Below are positions 51,725-62,047 of a DNA stretch of 64,000 nt, one piece after another. Numbering within the stretch: position 1 is the first letter of the stretch; each line of letters starts with the position of its first letter. Source of the DNA: an uncultured Alphaproteobacteria bacterium (GTDB taxonomy: Bacteria; Pseudomonadota; Alphaproteobacteria; RF32; CAG-239); the NCBI GenBank assembly GCA_944391505.1, contig CALXTV010000005.1, positions 5,033 to 69,032 on the forward strand, written 5' to 3'. A program made the translations under genes and the position numbers. Under the pieces are notes generated by a model. It did not search any database. It had not been told where the DNA came from and worked only from the letters and a program-made list of their open reading frames with translations.

Positions 51725-53067
51725 ATAAGCTCAGTTTGAGATTGCGGTTGATTGTTTATTTTATCGGAATAGCCTGCGTTATCTGGATAACGGCGGGTAT
51801 TTTGGCGTGGAAAGAAACCAAAGATACCGTAGACGAATTTTTTGATACCTACCAAATGGCTCTGGCCCGGCAGCTTTCCGGCGCGGATTGGAGCACTCTT
51901 GCGTCCGGGGCGCAGAAGATAACCGATGGTTTGATAAAAAACGTTCATAATGCCGATGAAGAAGATGATTCTATCGGTTTTGCAGTTTTTAATCGTGACG
52001 GTCGTTTGGTTTTTCATGATAACGAAAACGGAAAATATTTCGGCTTTTTGCCGGCAGCCGGAAGTTTTATCCGACAAATCGTTGACGGTGACGACGAATG
52101 GCGGATTGTCTGGCTGCAGTCGGCAGACGGCAATTTTTATATTGCCGTCGGTCAGGAAGAGGAATATCGGGCTGACGTGGTTTGGGATATGACCGAAGAA
52201 TTTATGATTCCGTGGGCGGCCGGTTTGTTTGTGCTTATGGTTATGATTGTGGCCGTTTTGACCCGGGAATTCCGTCCGCTTGGCGATTTGGCCGAAAGTC
52301 TGCAAAATCGCAACAGTGGCGATCTTTCGCCGTTGGGCGAAAAGGGGGTTCCCGCCGAAGTGCTGCCGCTGGTCAAGGCGATGAATGTGCAAATGCGGAG
52401 GATTGAGAGTATGTTGTCTTCCGAAAGGCGTTTTGTGGCCGATGCGGCACATGAGTTGCGGACGCCGTTGACGGCGCTGCAGGTGCAGTTGGAAGTGGCG
52501 GAAATGGCCGGTGATGACGAAAAGATGCGGCAAGAGGCTTTGGATAAGCTGCAAAAAGGCATTGAGCGTTCATCGCGTTTGGTTGAACAACTGTTGGTCT
52601 TGTCTAAAATCGATACGTCTTTCGGTGTGTATGATGAAAGCTGTGAAAAAATAGACTGGAAGCAGGTTATTGAAGATTTGCGGGTCGATTATGCTTCGGC
52701 AATTGCGGCAAAAAATATTGATGTTTCTTTGGAAATCAGCGGGAACGGGCCGGTCGAACGAGGAAATCCGCTGTTATGGACTCTGCTGTTGCGGAATTTG
52801 CTGGATAATGCCCTGAAGTACAGTCCGGAAGGGGCTTTGGTAAAAGTCAACGTTGCAGAAAATGCGCTGACGGTTATTAATTCCGGTGTGTCGGTTGATG
52901 ACGAAGTCATCGGGCATTTGAGCGAACGCTTCTTCCGTCCGGCTGGGCAGAAGGTTTCCGGCAGTGGTTTGGGATTGTCGATTGTCAAAAGGATTGCCGG
53001 ACATTACGGCTGCCGGCTTGAGTTTGCCAATACGGCGGAAGGATTTTGCGTCCGGGTAGCCGGTTAG
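51721..53067 (+). CDS. sensor histidine kinase (QseC/BasS-like)
   Basis: Two TM helices, a HAMP domain, an H-box ([13 protein letters not shown]) and a HATPase_c domain; overlaps the regulator's stop. Confidence 0.9.
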   Translation: MNKLSLRLRLIVYFIGIACVIWITAGILAWKETKDTVDEFFDTYQMALARQLSGADWSTLASGAQKITDGLIKNVHNADEEDDSIGFAVFNRDGRLVFHDNENGKYFGFLPAAGSFIRQIVDGDDEWRIVWLQSADGNFYIAVGQEEEYRADVVWDMTEEFMIPWAAGLFVLMVMIVAVLTREFRPLGDLAESLQNRNSGDLSPLGEKGVPAEVLPLVKAMNVQMRRIESMLSSERRFVADAAHELRTPLTALQVQLEVAEMAGDDEKMRQEALDKLQKGIERSSRLVEQLLVLSKIDTSFGVYDESCEKIDWKQVIEDLRVDYASAIAAKNIDVSLEISGNGPVERGNPLLWTLLLRNLLDNALKYSPEGALVKVNVAENALTVINSGVSVDDEVIGHLSERFFRPAGQKVSGSGLGLSIVKRIAGHYGCRLEFANTAEGFCVRVAG

Positions 53068-53071
53068 CTTT

Positions 53072-54034
53072 TCAGGATCTGCTCAGGCGCCGGTTGCGGG
53101 AATAGTTTGTATACCATTCGTAGGTAAACAAGACGATGCCCGAAATAATCAGCGGAAAAAGGTAATATATGATACGATAGGCAATCAGGGCGCCGAAAAT
53201 CAGCGCCTGGTTGTGGTCTCCCGGAATGATGTAGAGGAACAGGCCTTCAAAAACACCCAGACCGCCCGGAACCTGACTGAAGACGCCGAGAACCTGAGCA
53301 ATGATGAAAACGCCGATGAAAACGTCAAAAGGAATGTCTAAAAAAGGTATCAGAGAATAGTAAAGGACCAGCGAGGCGAGCAAAATGTCGGCGCCGCCGA
53401 TGAAAACCTGAGCCAGAGCCATTTTGAAAGACGGAATTTTAAATTCGATGTCCTTGATGATGATTGATTTTTTATAAAACAGAGAAGCGCCGAAATATAT
53501 GAGCAGGCCGATTGCCGAAATGATGGTAACGGTCAGCGTGGTCAGGTGCGAAATCGAACCCTCGCCGAAAGCATGGTCGGGTGTCAGAAAGTAGCCGAGA
53601 ATAATCAGGAAAAAACAGGCAACCAGATAAGTGAAGCCGGAAAAGGTGACCATGCGGACGATTTCGGAAGCATGAAACCGCCAGCGGGTGTACAGCCGGT
53701 AACGAATTGCACCGCCGGAAACGATGGCGTGACCGGCATTGTTACTTACGGAAAAGCCGATAAAACCGGCAAAAATCCATTTCCAGGCCGCCAGCTTGCG
53801 GCCGATGTATTTTAGAGCCAGAAAGTCGTAAGAGGAAAGGGCGACATAACCGCCGAAAGAGGCCAGACAGGCAAGGAGCAGGTTGCGGTTCGGTATGCTG
53901 ACAAGCGCTTCCTTGATGTCTTCAAGCTTGTATTTGGAAAGTTGATGATAAATCATATAAGCGGCGACGGCAAAGAAAAACAGGCCGGACCAGGATACGA
54001 TTTTTTTCAGCAGTCTTTTGGTTTTGAATGCCAT
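53072..54034 (-). CDS. UPF0104 / lysylphosphatidylglycerol-synthase-TM-like membrane protein
   Basis: 320 aa with 7-8 TM helices. Confidence 0.55.
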   Translation of the reverse strand: MAFKTKRLLKKIVSWSGLFFFAVAAYMIYHQLSKYKLEDIKEALVSIPNRNLLLACLASFGGYVALSSYDFLALKYIGRKLAAWKWIFAGFIGFSVSNNAGHAIVSGGAIRYRLYTRWRFHASEIVRMVTFSGFTYLVACFFLIILGYFLTPDHAFGEGSISHLTTLTVTIISAIGLLIYFGASLFYKKSIIIKDIEFKIPSFKMALAQVFIGGADILLASLVLYYSLIPFLDIPFDVFIGVFIIAQVLGVFSQVPGGLGVFEGLFLYIIPGDHNQALIFGALIAYRIIYYLFPLIISGIVLFTYEWYTNYSRNRRLSRS

Positions 54035-54243
54035 AAAATTCCCTCATTTATAACTTCTCGTATATATTATTTCAATATGGTATAAAAATGTTTAAATATC
54101 AATTTAAATCGGGAAAATATTTTGCGGAATTTGTTAAACCCATATCGAATGATGCTCCTGACTAATTTTTACGTTTTATTATTTGTTTTAAATTAGATTT
54201 TTTGAGAAAGTAAGAACGCTACCCAAAAGAGAAAACGCGAAAT

Positions 54244-55212
54244 TTATTGTCTGGGAATATCTGTTGTTTTTTCTTTATTCAAATTATCTGTTTTATTTAT
54301 TATGTCTTTTAACGAGGGAGAAGCCCGAAGCCCTATAACTTCATTATAGCGTACACCATATTTATTTCGAATAGTTGTATCAGCCCCTGCTTTTATTAAC
54401 AATTTTACAGCTTCCTTATTGTTTGCCATTTCAGCAATAAATAATGGTGTATTTCCATCAAAATCAGGACTATTTATATCTGCACCTTTTGAGATTAAGT
54501 AATGAATTGGTTCAATGGTTAATTCGGAAGGAATTTCTACAGCATGATGTAAAGCTGTGCGTCCTCTAAGGGTATCTTTTTTGTTAATATCCGCACCATT
54601 TTCTACAAGAAGTTTCAACATATCCATAAGATATGGCACTGTCGTTTTTCTTACTTCCAGAAAAGCGTTATGCATTGTTGCTTTAACCGCAGATATTTCA
54701 TCTTTTGTAATATCTTTACAAGGCTTAGAAATAAGGTTAGGAATATTACAATATCCATTTTTTTGTAATTCTATATCAATTGCTTGATTCGATAATTCCT
54801 CATATCCTTGTAATTCTAAGGGCATAGCTAATACAACAACTAATGGAAATCTGGCGTTTCTCTGGCAAATTTCTTGATTAACGTCAGCTCCTTGAGCAAT
54901 TAAATATTTAATTTTTTCAATAGAATACTTTAAAGCATCTTGCCTCTGTTCTTGGATCCCCAAGATACTTCTAATAGCTAAAGTTAAAGGAGTGTTACAT
55001 TCATACATGGCATTTGCATCGGCTTGACTACGAATTAAGGCCTTCACATCATCAGGAGAACCAAATAAAATAGCAGACTGAATTTTGTCAGCAGTATGTG
55101 CTGTTTGTAATTCTACCGGAGGATTGGAAATTGATACTGATTGCTGTGCATTTATATTTGTCGATAAGCACAACATAACAACTGCTGATGCTAAGAGTTT
55201 TCTTGTATTCAT
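54244..55212 (-). CDS. secreted ankyrin-repeat protein
   Basis: Signal peptide and at least six ANK repeats (e.g. GRTALHHAVE, DGNTPLFIAEMANNKEAVKLLIKAGAD). The gene is markedly AT-rich compared with its flanks. Confidence 0.85.
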   Translation of the reverse strand: MNTRKLLASAVVMLCLSTNINAQQSVSISNPPVELQTAHTADKIQSAILFGSPDDVKALIRSQADANAMYECNTPLTLAIRSILGIQEQRQDALKYSIEKIKYLIAQGADVNQEICQRNARFPLVVVLAMPLELQGYEELSNQAIDIELQKNGYCNIPNLISKPCKDITKDEISAVKATMHNAFLEVRKTTVPYLMDMLKLLVENGADINKKDTLRGRTALHHAVEIPSELTIEPIHYLISKGADINSPDFDGNTPLFIAEMANNKEAVKLLIKAGADTTIRNKYGVRYNEVIGLRASPSLKDIINKTDNLNKEKTTDIPRQ

Positions 55213-55297
55213 GTTTATCTCCTAATAAAAGATATTTTAGTATTCTATAATGTTAATGGTTAAAATGATGTTTAGAAGATAAATTGGGAAAATTTCT

Positions 55298-55337
55298 ATC
55301 GGTTCGCGCCCGCTTGGGTTCAAGTCCCAAAAATTAA
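55298..55337 (+). other. tRNA-like 3' fragment (T-arm TTGGG-TTCAAGT-CCCAA) without an acceptor/CCA end
   Basis: Seen in the sequence between the ankyrin gene and tRNA-Thr. It may be an integration scar. Confidence 0.25.
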
Positions 55338-55373
55338 TACCATAAAAAAACTCCCCGCAGGGAGTTTTTTTTA

Positions 55374-55449
55374 TGGTGCCGACTGAGGGACTTGAACCCC
55401 CGACCCACTGATTACAAATCAGTAGCTCTACCAACTGAGCTAAGTCGGC
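55374..55449 (-). tRNA. tRNA-Thr (anticodon UGU)
   Basis: Reverse complement is GCCGACTTAGCTCAGTTGGTAGAGCTACTGATTTGTAATCAGTGGGTCGGGGGTTCAAGTCCCTCAGTCGGCACCA. Confidence 0.85.
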
Positions 55450-55500
55450 ATTAACTCGGTTTTTATAGCTTACGGGGGCATCAATGTCAATGATAAATTT

Positions 55501-56010
55501 TTAAAAACCAAATATACGGACGGCTTCTTTCATTTTGGCGCGCACAGCAACCTGAAACGGGCAACGTTTTTCGCAGAGCCCGCATTGGATACATTCAGAT
55601 GCGTGATGTTTTAATAACCTATAATGATTTTGCACGGTTTCCGGAACTTCGTTTTGTGCCAGAGCTTCGCCGGCTAACAACTCGTTGTTTAACGGCCCGT
55701 AAATTATGGCGGTATCAAAAAGCGTTACACCATGGTCTACGGCCTGATGAAGCAGGCGGATGCACTGTTTTTTGTCAGGATGGGCGCTGCGATTGTAAGT
55801 CATTCCCATAACGCCGAAACCCAAAGCGGAAACTTCCATGGCCGCGTTTCCTTTGCCAAGCGTTCTTTTTTGAGTCAGCAGCGGTGTGTCAATATCATCT
55901 TTTGCATTAACATATGCGTGAGATTTTTTTATTATCGGCGGCATAACGCTGATTGCAGCCAGTGCGGCCGCTGTTTTTAAAAAATTTCGTCTTCCCATTT
56001 TCAAAGTCAT
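55501..56010 (-). pseudogene. remnant of a Tat-exported aldo/keto reductase with a C-terminal Fe-S motif (internal deletion)
   Basis: Tat motif RRNFLK; residues 40-115 match the AKR N-terminus (GFGVMGM...LFDTAIIYGP..NELLAGEAL). The sequence then jumps to a C-terminal CIQCGLCEKRCP motif. The ORF is 169 aa, whereas this family is normally about 330-370 aa. Confidence 0.45.
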
Positions 56011-56104
56011 TTTGTTTTCCTCGAATTTTTATTTATGTAGATAATTTTAAATAAAAAATGAGAAAATATCTAATATTGTTTTTTTATAAAATGATAAATT
56101 TTAT

Positions 56105-56998
56105 TTATGCTTTCGGGTTGTCCGTGCCGAGAAGCATAAGTGCGTTGTCCTGCAGCCAGCGGATTATTCCGCCGAGACGTTTTTTATCGGTTTGGGAAAA
56201 TGAAAACCAGTAAAGAGCCGAGATACCTTCATCTTCCAGCGGAACGGCAATCCGTTCGCCATCGTTGCGATATTGCTGTACCAGACGGGTGGTAAAGCTC
56301 AGAACCTTTTTGTGTTCCAGCATCTGCCGAAAAACGAAATAGTCGGTATAAATGGTTACGGACGGCAGAGTTTCGAGCCAATCAAGAAATTTGTGAATTT
56401 CCCGCTCGTAAGCGCCGTAAATGCGATAAGCCGCTATTTTGCGTTCGGTGTAGTGGTGCAGACAGACGGCAGGCTTATCCGCCAAGGGATCGTCTTTGGC
56501 TACGGAAAGCATCAGTTCTTCCTTGGCAAAAGGTATGCTGACAATGTTCTGATGTTCCAGTTTTTTTAGGGTGATGACGGCGTCATATTTTTTTGACAGC
56601 AGATTGTTCAGGGCATCTGCGCCATCGGCCAGAATTTCCGATGTCAGTTCTAGTTCCGGATATGTTTTTTGGAGCATCGGCACCGAGAAACGCATCGGTC
56701 CGGGGTCGCAAAAGCCGAGGGAAATTGTTTTGTTGTTTTGAGCATAAATCCGGAAAGCGTTTTTCATTTCTTCCGCACGTCCGATAACGGCGCAGGCGTG
56801 CGTCAGTGCCAGTTGTCCGGCCTGATTGAGGATAAGGTGGTTTTTTTGGCGCTCAAAAAGCCGGACGCCGAGTTCCGTTTCCAGATTTTTCAGAGAGGAA
56901 CTTAATGCCGGCTGCGAAATATGCAGACGTTCGGCAGCCTCGCGCATGGTTTTGCTTTCGGCGATGGTTTTAAATTGCAGCAGTTGGGTCAGTTCCAT
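56105..56998 (-). CDS. LysR-family transcriptional regulator
   Basis: N-terminal HTH (LHISQPALSSSLKNLETELGVRLFER) and a LysR substrate-binding domain. Confidence 0.85.
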   Translation of the reverse strand: MELTQLLQFKTIAESKTMREAAERLHISQPALSSSLKNLETELGVRLFERQKNHLILNQAGQLALTHACAVIGRAEEMKNAFRIYAQNNKTISLGFCDPGPMRFSVPMLQKTYPELELTSEILADGADALNNLLSKKYDAVITLKKLEHQNIVSIPFAKEELMLSVAKDDPLADKPAVCLHHYTERKIAAYRIYGAYEREIHKFLDWLETLPSVTIYTDYFVFRQMLEHKKVLSFTTRLVQQYRNDGERIAVPLEDEGISALYWFSFSQTDKKRLGGIIRWLQDNALMLLGTDNPKA

Positions 56999-57157
56999 AA
57001 TAAATTGCTATAAATAAAATTTATTGTTCTATAAAAAACAATATTAGACTTCGGCAGGGGAGTCAAGCAGAATGAAGGCAGCTTTCTTTCCTTGATGTTT
57101 TGTTTTCTGCTTGTGGTAACATATCAAATTGCCGTCGGAAGGTGTTTTGTCTGCCGG

Positions 57158-57649
57158 TCAGTCTTCGCCACCGAAAAAGGCGTTTATCTGATATTGCAGG
57201 TTTTCCGAGAAGCTGACCGGATCGGACGCTTCGTTCTGGAGATTTTCCAGTTTTTTGTAACCGATGCTTTGTCCGTCGGCAACATCGACCAGAACGACTT
57301 CCAACGGCTGGTTTAAGTCATAAGTCTCGATGAAGTTGTATTCGTCATCGTTCTGGTAATTGATTAAAAACAGGCTGTATTCGTCCTGATAGTTTTGGTT
57401 GTAAACCTGTTCAATCAGCTCAATGGTCTGCGGGCATTGAAAACAGGGATTGTTATTGAAGAAAACATAAATTATCGGTTTGTCGTAGTTTTGATAAGCT
57501 TCGTTGAAATATTCCTGCAGATTCTGGTTCGGGTTATAGGCGCCTTCGTAAGTCAGTTCGGCGCGCAGGGGAAGCGCCAGCGCAACCATAATCATAAAAG
57601 CCCACAGCAGTTTTATCATCTTTTTTCTCCGCTTGATGTTGAATATCAC
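57158..57649 (-). CDS. secreted thioredoxin-like protein (CFQC)
   Basis: Signal peptide; IYVFFNNNPCFQCPQTIELIEQV resembles a thioredoxin-fold CxxC site. Confidence 0.4.
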   Translation of the reverse strand: MIFNIKRRKKMIKLLWAFMIMVALALPLRAELTYEGAYNPNQNLQEYFNEAYQNYDKPIIYVFFNNNPCFQCPQTIELIEQVYNQNYQDEYSLFLINYQNDDEYNFIETYDLNQPLEVVLVDVADGQSIGYKKLENLQNEASDPVSFSENLQYQINAFFGGED

Positions 57650-59373
57650 AGCGGAGAGCAGGCATCCTTTAACCAGATCTTTTCGTCAGAGGTCAGGAAC
57701 GGCGAGAGCCGCTCGTAAACCTGCTTGTGATAGTTGTTCAGCCAGGATATCTCTCCGCTGGTCATTAAATATTTATTAATCAGCAGCTTATCAACGGGGC
57801 AGAGCGTTAAAATTTTAAATTCCAGAAAATCGTCCGTAAAATCAACCTGTTCGCATTTGACAACCCGAACGAGGTTTTCAATGCGAATACCATAAGCGCC
57901 TTCACGGTAATAACCCGGTTCGACGGAGAGAATCATATTTTCTTTCAGAGGGCGTGAAGAACCATACATTCCCATATTCTGCGGCCCTTCGTGGACATTT
58001 AGAAAACAGCCGACGCCGTGGCCAGTGCCGTGTTTGTAGTCTTTGCCCTCGTTCCACATCGGGCTGCGGGCAATCTTATCCAGCGACATGCCGTCGGTGC
58101 CTTTGAGAAATTTTTGGGAAGCAAGGGCGATATGCGCCTTTAAGACCAGCGTGAAATTGTCGCACATTTCCGGGGTGGGCGTACCGAGGGCGACGGTGCG
58201 GGTAATGTCGGTTGTGCCGTCAAAATATTGTGCACCGCTGTCAAGCAGAAGCAGTGAAGCTTCTGCCAGTTTTTGGTTGGTTTCTTTGGTTGGCCGGTAG
58301 TGAACAACGGCGCCGTTTTGTCCGCTCGCGGCGATTGTGCCGAAGCTTTCTGACCAATAATTTTCGCCGCGGGCACGGAAATCATGCAGTTTTTTGACAA
58401 TGTCAAGTTCGGTTTTGCCCTGCCAGTTATCGGAAAGCCAATGCAGAAAACGAACCATGGCAACGCCGTCGCGTAAATGTGCGGCCTCAATTCCGCCGAT
58501 TTCGACCGGGTTTTTTTCGGCTTTTGCCGATTGGCAGAAATCTTCCAGCGGTTTTTCGTTGATTCGGTGCCCGGCAAAAAGCTCACAAAACAAATACGGT
58601 GTTGTTTCGGCGTCAAAACCGACGGTTTTGTTTTTGTATGTTTTCAGAATCTTAGGAAGCCTGCCCATCGGTTCTATGTCAAAGTCTCTGGTTGCAAAGT
58701 CAAAATTCAAGCCATCGCCGAACAACGTGACACGGCCGTCTTTGTCCAGCAGCGCATAGGCGCGCACCAAAGGCGTATCGGGAAGCGCATCGGAACGAAC
58801 GTTCAAAAGCCAGGAAACGCTGTCGGCCGCCGTAAAGAGATATGCGTCGCAGCCGGACAGTCCGATTTGTTTGCAGATATTGCTGATTTTTTCGTTGCGG
58901 TCAATGCCGCAGAATTCAATTTTGTGTTCAAATACCCGGCAGGGGCTGTTGCAGCGGTTGTTGGCAAAAATTTCAGAGGCGTCGGGCATGAAAGAAATGT
59001 TCGGAAAGCGTCGGCGCAGGTGTTCGACGGATTGGATTGAATTGGTAAAGGCATTGAAGCCGACTTTGGCCGCTTTGCCCTCAAAAAGTTTGTTCAGACA
59101 CTGTATGAGCGGGTTGCCGCGCTCGCAGACAATATTTATTTTGTCCGGGTCTGTCTGGCGGGCGGCCTGAATCTCGTAGCGGCCGTCAACAGACAGAAAG
59201 GCCTTGTCCGGTGTGACAACCAGCGTTCCCGCCGAACCGTTGAACCCGGTCAGTTCCGGCAGCGGATTTTCGCTGTCAAGCAGATCCTGTCCGATGAACA
59301 TGTTGGAGCGGGTAACGATATAGGCGTCAAGTTTGTGCCTTTTTACGGCAGACTGCAGTTCTTTGAGCGTCAT
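57646..59373 (-). CDS. pepP: Xaa-Pro aminopeptidase (M24B)
   Basis: C-terminal pita-bread domain with HGTGHGVGCFLNVHEGP. Confidence 0.85.
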   Translation of the reverse strand: MTLKELQSAVKRHKLDAYIVTRSNMFIGQDLLDSENPLPELTGFNGSAGTLVVTPDKAFLSVDGRYEIQAARQTDPDKINIVCERGNPLIQCLNKLFEGKAAKVGFNAFTNSIQSVEHLRRRFPNISFMPDASEIFANNRCNSPCRVFEHKIEFCGIDRNEKISNICKQIGLSGCDAYLFTAADSVSWLLNVRSDALPDTPLVRAYALLDKDGRVTLFGDGLNFDFATRDFDIEPMGRLPKILKTYKNKTVGFDAETTPYLFCELFAGHRINEKPLEDFCQSAKAEKNPVEIGGIEAAHLRDGVAMVRFLHWLSDNWQGKTELDIVKKLHDFRARGENYWSESFGTIAASGQNGAVVHYRPTKETNQKLAEASLLLLDSGAQYFDGTTDITRTVALGTPTPEMCDNFTLVLKAHIALASQKFLKGTDGMSLDKIARSPMWNEGKDYKHGTGHGVGCFLNVHEGPQNMGMYGSSRPLKENMILSVEPGYYREGAYGIRIENLVRVVKCEQVDFTDDFLEFKILTLCPVDKLLINKYLMTSGEISWLNNYHKQVYERLSPFLTSDEKIWLKDACSPL

Positions 59374-60251
59374 GCTTTTTTCTCCATAAGGGCGGCGCGC
59401 CAGTTGTCCATTTCATATATTTTAACCAATGACAGTCCTTGGGCTTCGTGCGCTTTGATAACCCAGTTCTCCTGGTCGCCGACAAAGCCCGACAGAATGC
59501 AAAAACCACCGGGTTTAAGATTTTGAGCCAGATCCGGTGCCATTTCAATCAGCGGGCGGGCCAGAATATTGGCAAATATAATGTCATAGGGGGCGTTTTT
59601 CGATACCAGTTCGGACTGATAGCCGTTGCTGATGCCGGTGGTGATGAATTTTTCAAGACCGTTGTCTTCGGCGTTGCTGCGGGTGACGATAACGGCTTCC
59701 TCGTCAATGTCCACGGCAGTAACATGTGTGGTTTTGCCCCAGAGCTTTGCCGCCGCCAGCGACAAAATTCCCGAACCCGTGCCGACATCAAGAATGCGGG
59801 CATGCGGTACGTTTTTTTTGTTGAGTTCGCTCAATGCCTTGAGGCAGGATTTGGTGGTTTGGTGCTCCGAGCCGAAAGCTGTGGCGGCATAGATGCGGAT
59901 GGCCAGTTTATCGGTTTTGGGCGCTTCTTTTTCGTGGACACCGTAAATAAGAAAGTCTTCAACCTCGACCGGTGCAAACTGAATGACGTAATCTTTAAGC
60001 CAGTTGGCGCTTTCGAGCAGTTCGGTCTTGTATGCGGGCAGGTTGAGATTGTTGGCGGCAATAAAACGCGTCAGTTCGTCTTCTTGAAAGGACGCGTTTT
60101 TGTAGCCTTTATAAATTTCGAACCCGTCGTCGGTATAGTCAACCGAAACGACGTCAAAAAATTCTTCCAGCATTTCCTGCGTAAAATTGTCCAGACTTTC
60201 GACCGGGGCAAAGGTTACGACCCGGCAGCTGCCGCCTTTATCCGTCATCAA
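59370..60251 (-). CDS. prmA: ribosomal protein L11 methyltransferase
   Basis: ILDVGTGSGILSLAAAKLWG SAM motif; 293 aa. Confidence 0.85.
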   Translation of the reverse strand: MMTDKGGSCRVVTFAPVESLDNFTQEMLEEFFDVVSVDYTDDGFEIYKGYKNASFQEDELTRFIAANNLNLPAYKTELLESANWLKDYVIQFAPVEVEDFLIYGVHEKEAPKTDKLAIRIYAATAFGSEHQTTKSCLKALSELNKKNVPHARILDVGTGSGILSLAAAKLWGKTTHVTAVDIDEEAVIVTRSNAEDNGLEKFITTGISNGYQSELVSKNAPYDIIFANILARPLIEMAPDLAQNLKPGGFCILSGFVGDQENWVIKAHEAQGLSLVKIYEMDNWRAALMEKKA

Positions 60252-60342
60252 ATTGTTCCTAACAAGTTATAATCATTTGTTTACTATCGGCGGATTATAG
60301 TATATTAATTAAAATTATTGAACCTTAAAAAGAGATTATTCG

Positions 60343-61113
60343 ATGAAAAAATTTGCGGTTTTGTTTTCGTGTCTGGTCTTGAGTTCCTGCTTCAGCGCGG
60401 GGAATCATGGCATTCTGAGTTTCAGAAATACGTTTCTGGAATATTTCAGCACCTATTCGATTTCTTTTTATGACGATGAGCCCGAACTGGTCAGCAGCGA
60501 TTATATTGAGGAAAACAATTTTAAATATAATGTTATTCTGACGGCTTATACGGGATATACGGTGGTTGACACCAAGGTCTACCGCAAGGACGTTTATCGC
60601 AGCGAATATCTGACCGTTAACGAAGACGGCGTGCTGAACTGCGGTTCGGTGCCGGTGGCGTATCAGAAAGGCGAGCGCGTGCGGGCGGTCGGTGAGGTGA
60701 CGGTTGACGGTACGGATTTTGTTTTGGTGGAGACCAAACTGAAAAACTTTGTGGCTCTGGTACGGCAGGACGGTACTTTTTATAACCGCATCGGTCAGAT
60801 ACGCCACGGCCGCCTGGCTCTGCTGGATACTGATTTTGTGCCGTATCCGGATGGTTTTAAAATGGTGCAGATTACAACGTCAAAAAGCGTGCAGACCGAA
60901 CCGGTTAAAGGTTTTGACATCAAATATGAGGGACTTAATCTGGGACGGTTGAAATTTACGCTGCTTGATTACAGTAAGTCCGACGGTGACAGCGGGTACT
61001 TCAAAAATGTTTCTTATCCGTACGAGGTCGGCGGAATTCTTGATTTGAACGGCGTCGGCATTAAGGTTATTCAGGCAACGGCCGAAAAGCTCGATTACAT
61101 TATCCTGAAATAG
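60343..61113 (+). CDS. hypothetical lipoprotein (256 aa)
   Basis: Lipobox LSSC within MKKFAVLFSCLVLSSCFSAG. Confidence 0.5.
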   Translation: MKKFAVLFSCLVLSSCFSAGNHGILSFRNTFLEYFSTYSISFYDDEPELVSSDYIEENNFKYNVILTAYTGYTVVDTKVYRKDVYRSEYLTVNEDGVLNCGSVPVAYQKGERVRAVGEVTVDGTDFVLVETKLKNFVALVRQDGTFYNRIGQIRHGRLALLDTDFVPYPDGFKMVQITTSKSVQTEPVKGFDIKYEGLNLGRLKFTLLDYSKSDGDSGYFKNVSYPYEVGGILDLNGVGIKVIQATAEKLDYIILK

Positions 61114-61220
61114 CCGGTAAAAGCAGAATAATTTCTTGCAAAAAATTGTTGCGGAAAAAACGGCTTTAGCGTATATATGCCTTAATCAAATGAAAAAGTT
61201 CGATTTTAAGGAGATTTTGT

Positions 61221-61982
61221 ATGTCTGGACATTCCCAGTTTAAAAACATTATGTATCGTAAAGGCGCTCAGGATGCCAAAAAGGCCCGTGTTTTTGCCAA
61301 GCTGGCCCGTGATATTACCATTGCGGCTAAAAGCGGTCTGCCGGAACCCGATAAAAACCCGCGCCTGCGTCTGGCTATTCAGGCCGCCCGTGCCGAGAGT
61401 ATGCCGAAAGACAATATTGAGCGCGCCATTGCCAAAGCCAGCCAGACAGCCGGCGGCAGCGATTATGTTTCCGCACGTTATGAAGGTTTCGGCCCCGGTA
61501 AGGTTGCGGTTATCGTTGAGGCAATGACCGATAACAAAAACCGCACGGCCGGAAATGTCCGTACCATTTTCGGAAAACGTGGCGGCGTTATGGGCGAGAG
61601 CGGTTCGGTGGCTTTCAATTTTGAGCGAATCGGCTATATCAAATATCCGGCCGATACGACCGATGCCGACAAAATGTTTGAAACGGCGCTGGAGGCGGGA
61701 GCCAATGACGTGGTATCTGACGAAGAAGCGCACGAGATTGAAACGGTTCCGGAGGATTTGAATGCGGTTACCGAAGCTTTGGAAAAGGCTTTCGGTACGC
61801 CGTCGGCTTCGCGTCTGGACTGGAAAGCGACGGTCAAAACCAATATTGACGATTTGGAAACCGCGCAGAAGTTTCTGGAATTTGTCGATGCTCTGGAAGA
61901 TGACGACGATGTGCAGAAAGTTTATCACAACGCCGAATTTTCGGATGAAGTCATGAAGGCTCTGGAAACTTCCGAAGATTAA
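61221..61982 (+). CDS. yebC: YebC/PmpR family transcriptional regulator
   Basis: MSGHSQFKNIMYRKGAQDAKKARVFAKLAR is the canonical N-terminus. Confidence 0.9.
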   Translation: MSGHSQFKNIMYRKGAQDAKKARVFAKLARDITIAAKSGLPEPDKNPRLRLAIQAARAESMPKDNIERAIAKASQTAGGSDYVSARYEGFGPGKVAVIVEAMTDNKNRTAGNVRTIFGKRGGVMGESGSVAFNFERIGYIKYPADTTDADKMFETALEAGANDVVSDEEAHEIETVPEDLNAVTEALEKAFGTPSASRLDWKATVKTNIDDLETAQKFLEFVDALEDDDDVQKVYHNAEFSDEVMKALETSED

Positions 61983-62047
61983 TTGTTTTTTGGAAAAGGG
62001 CGCATTCCCGGCGGAATGTGCCCTTATTTTTTTATAAGGAAAAGAAA

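Noticed and set aside
55237-55434. 65-aa minus ORF
   Set aside because: Covers the tRNA-like fragment and part of tRNA-Thr.
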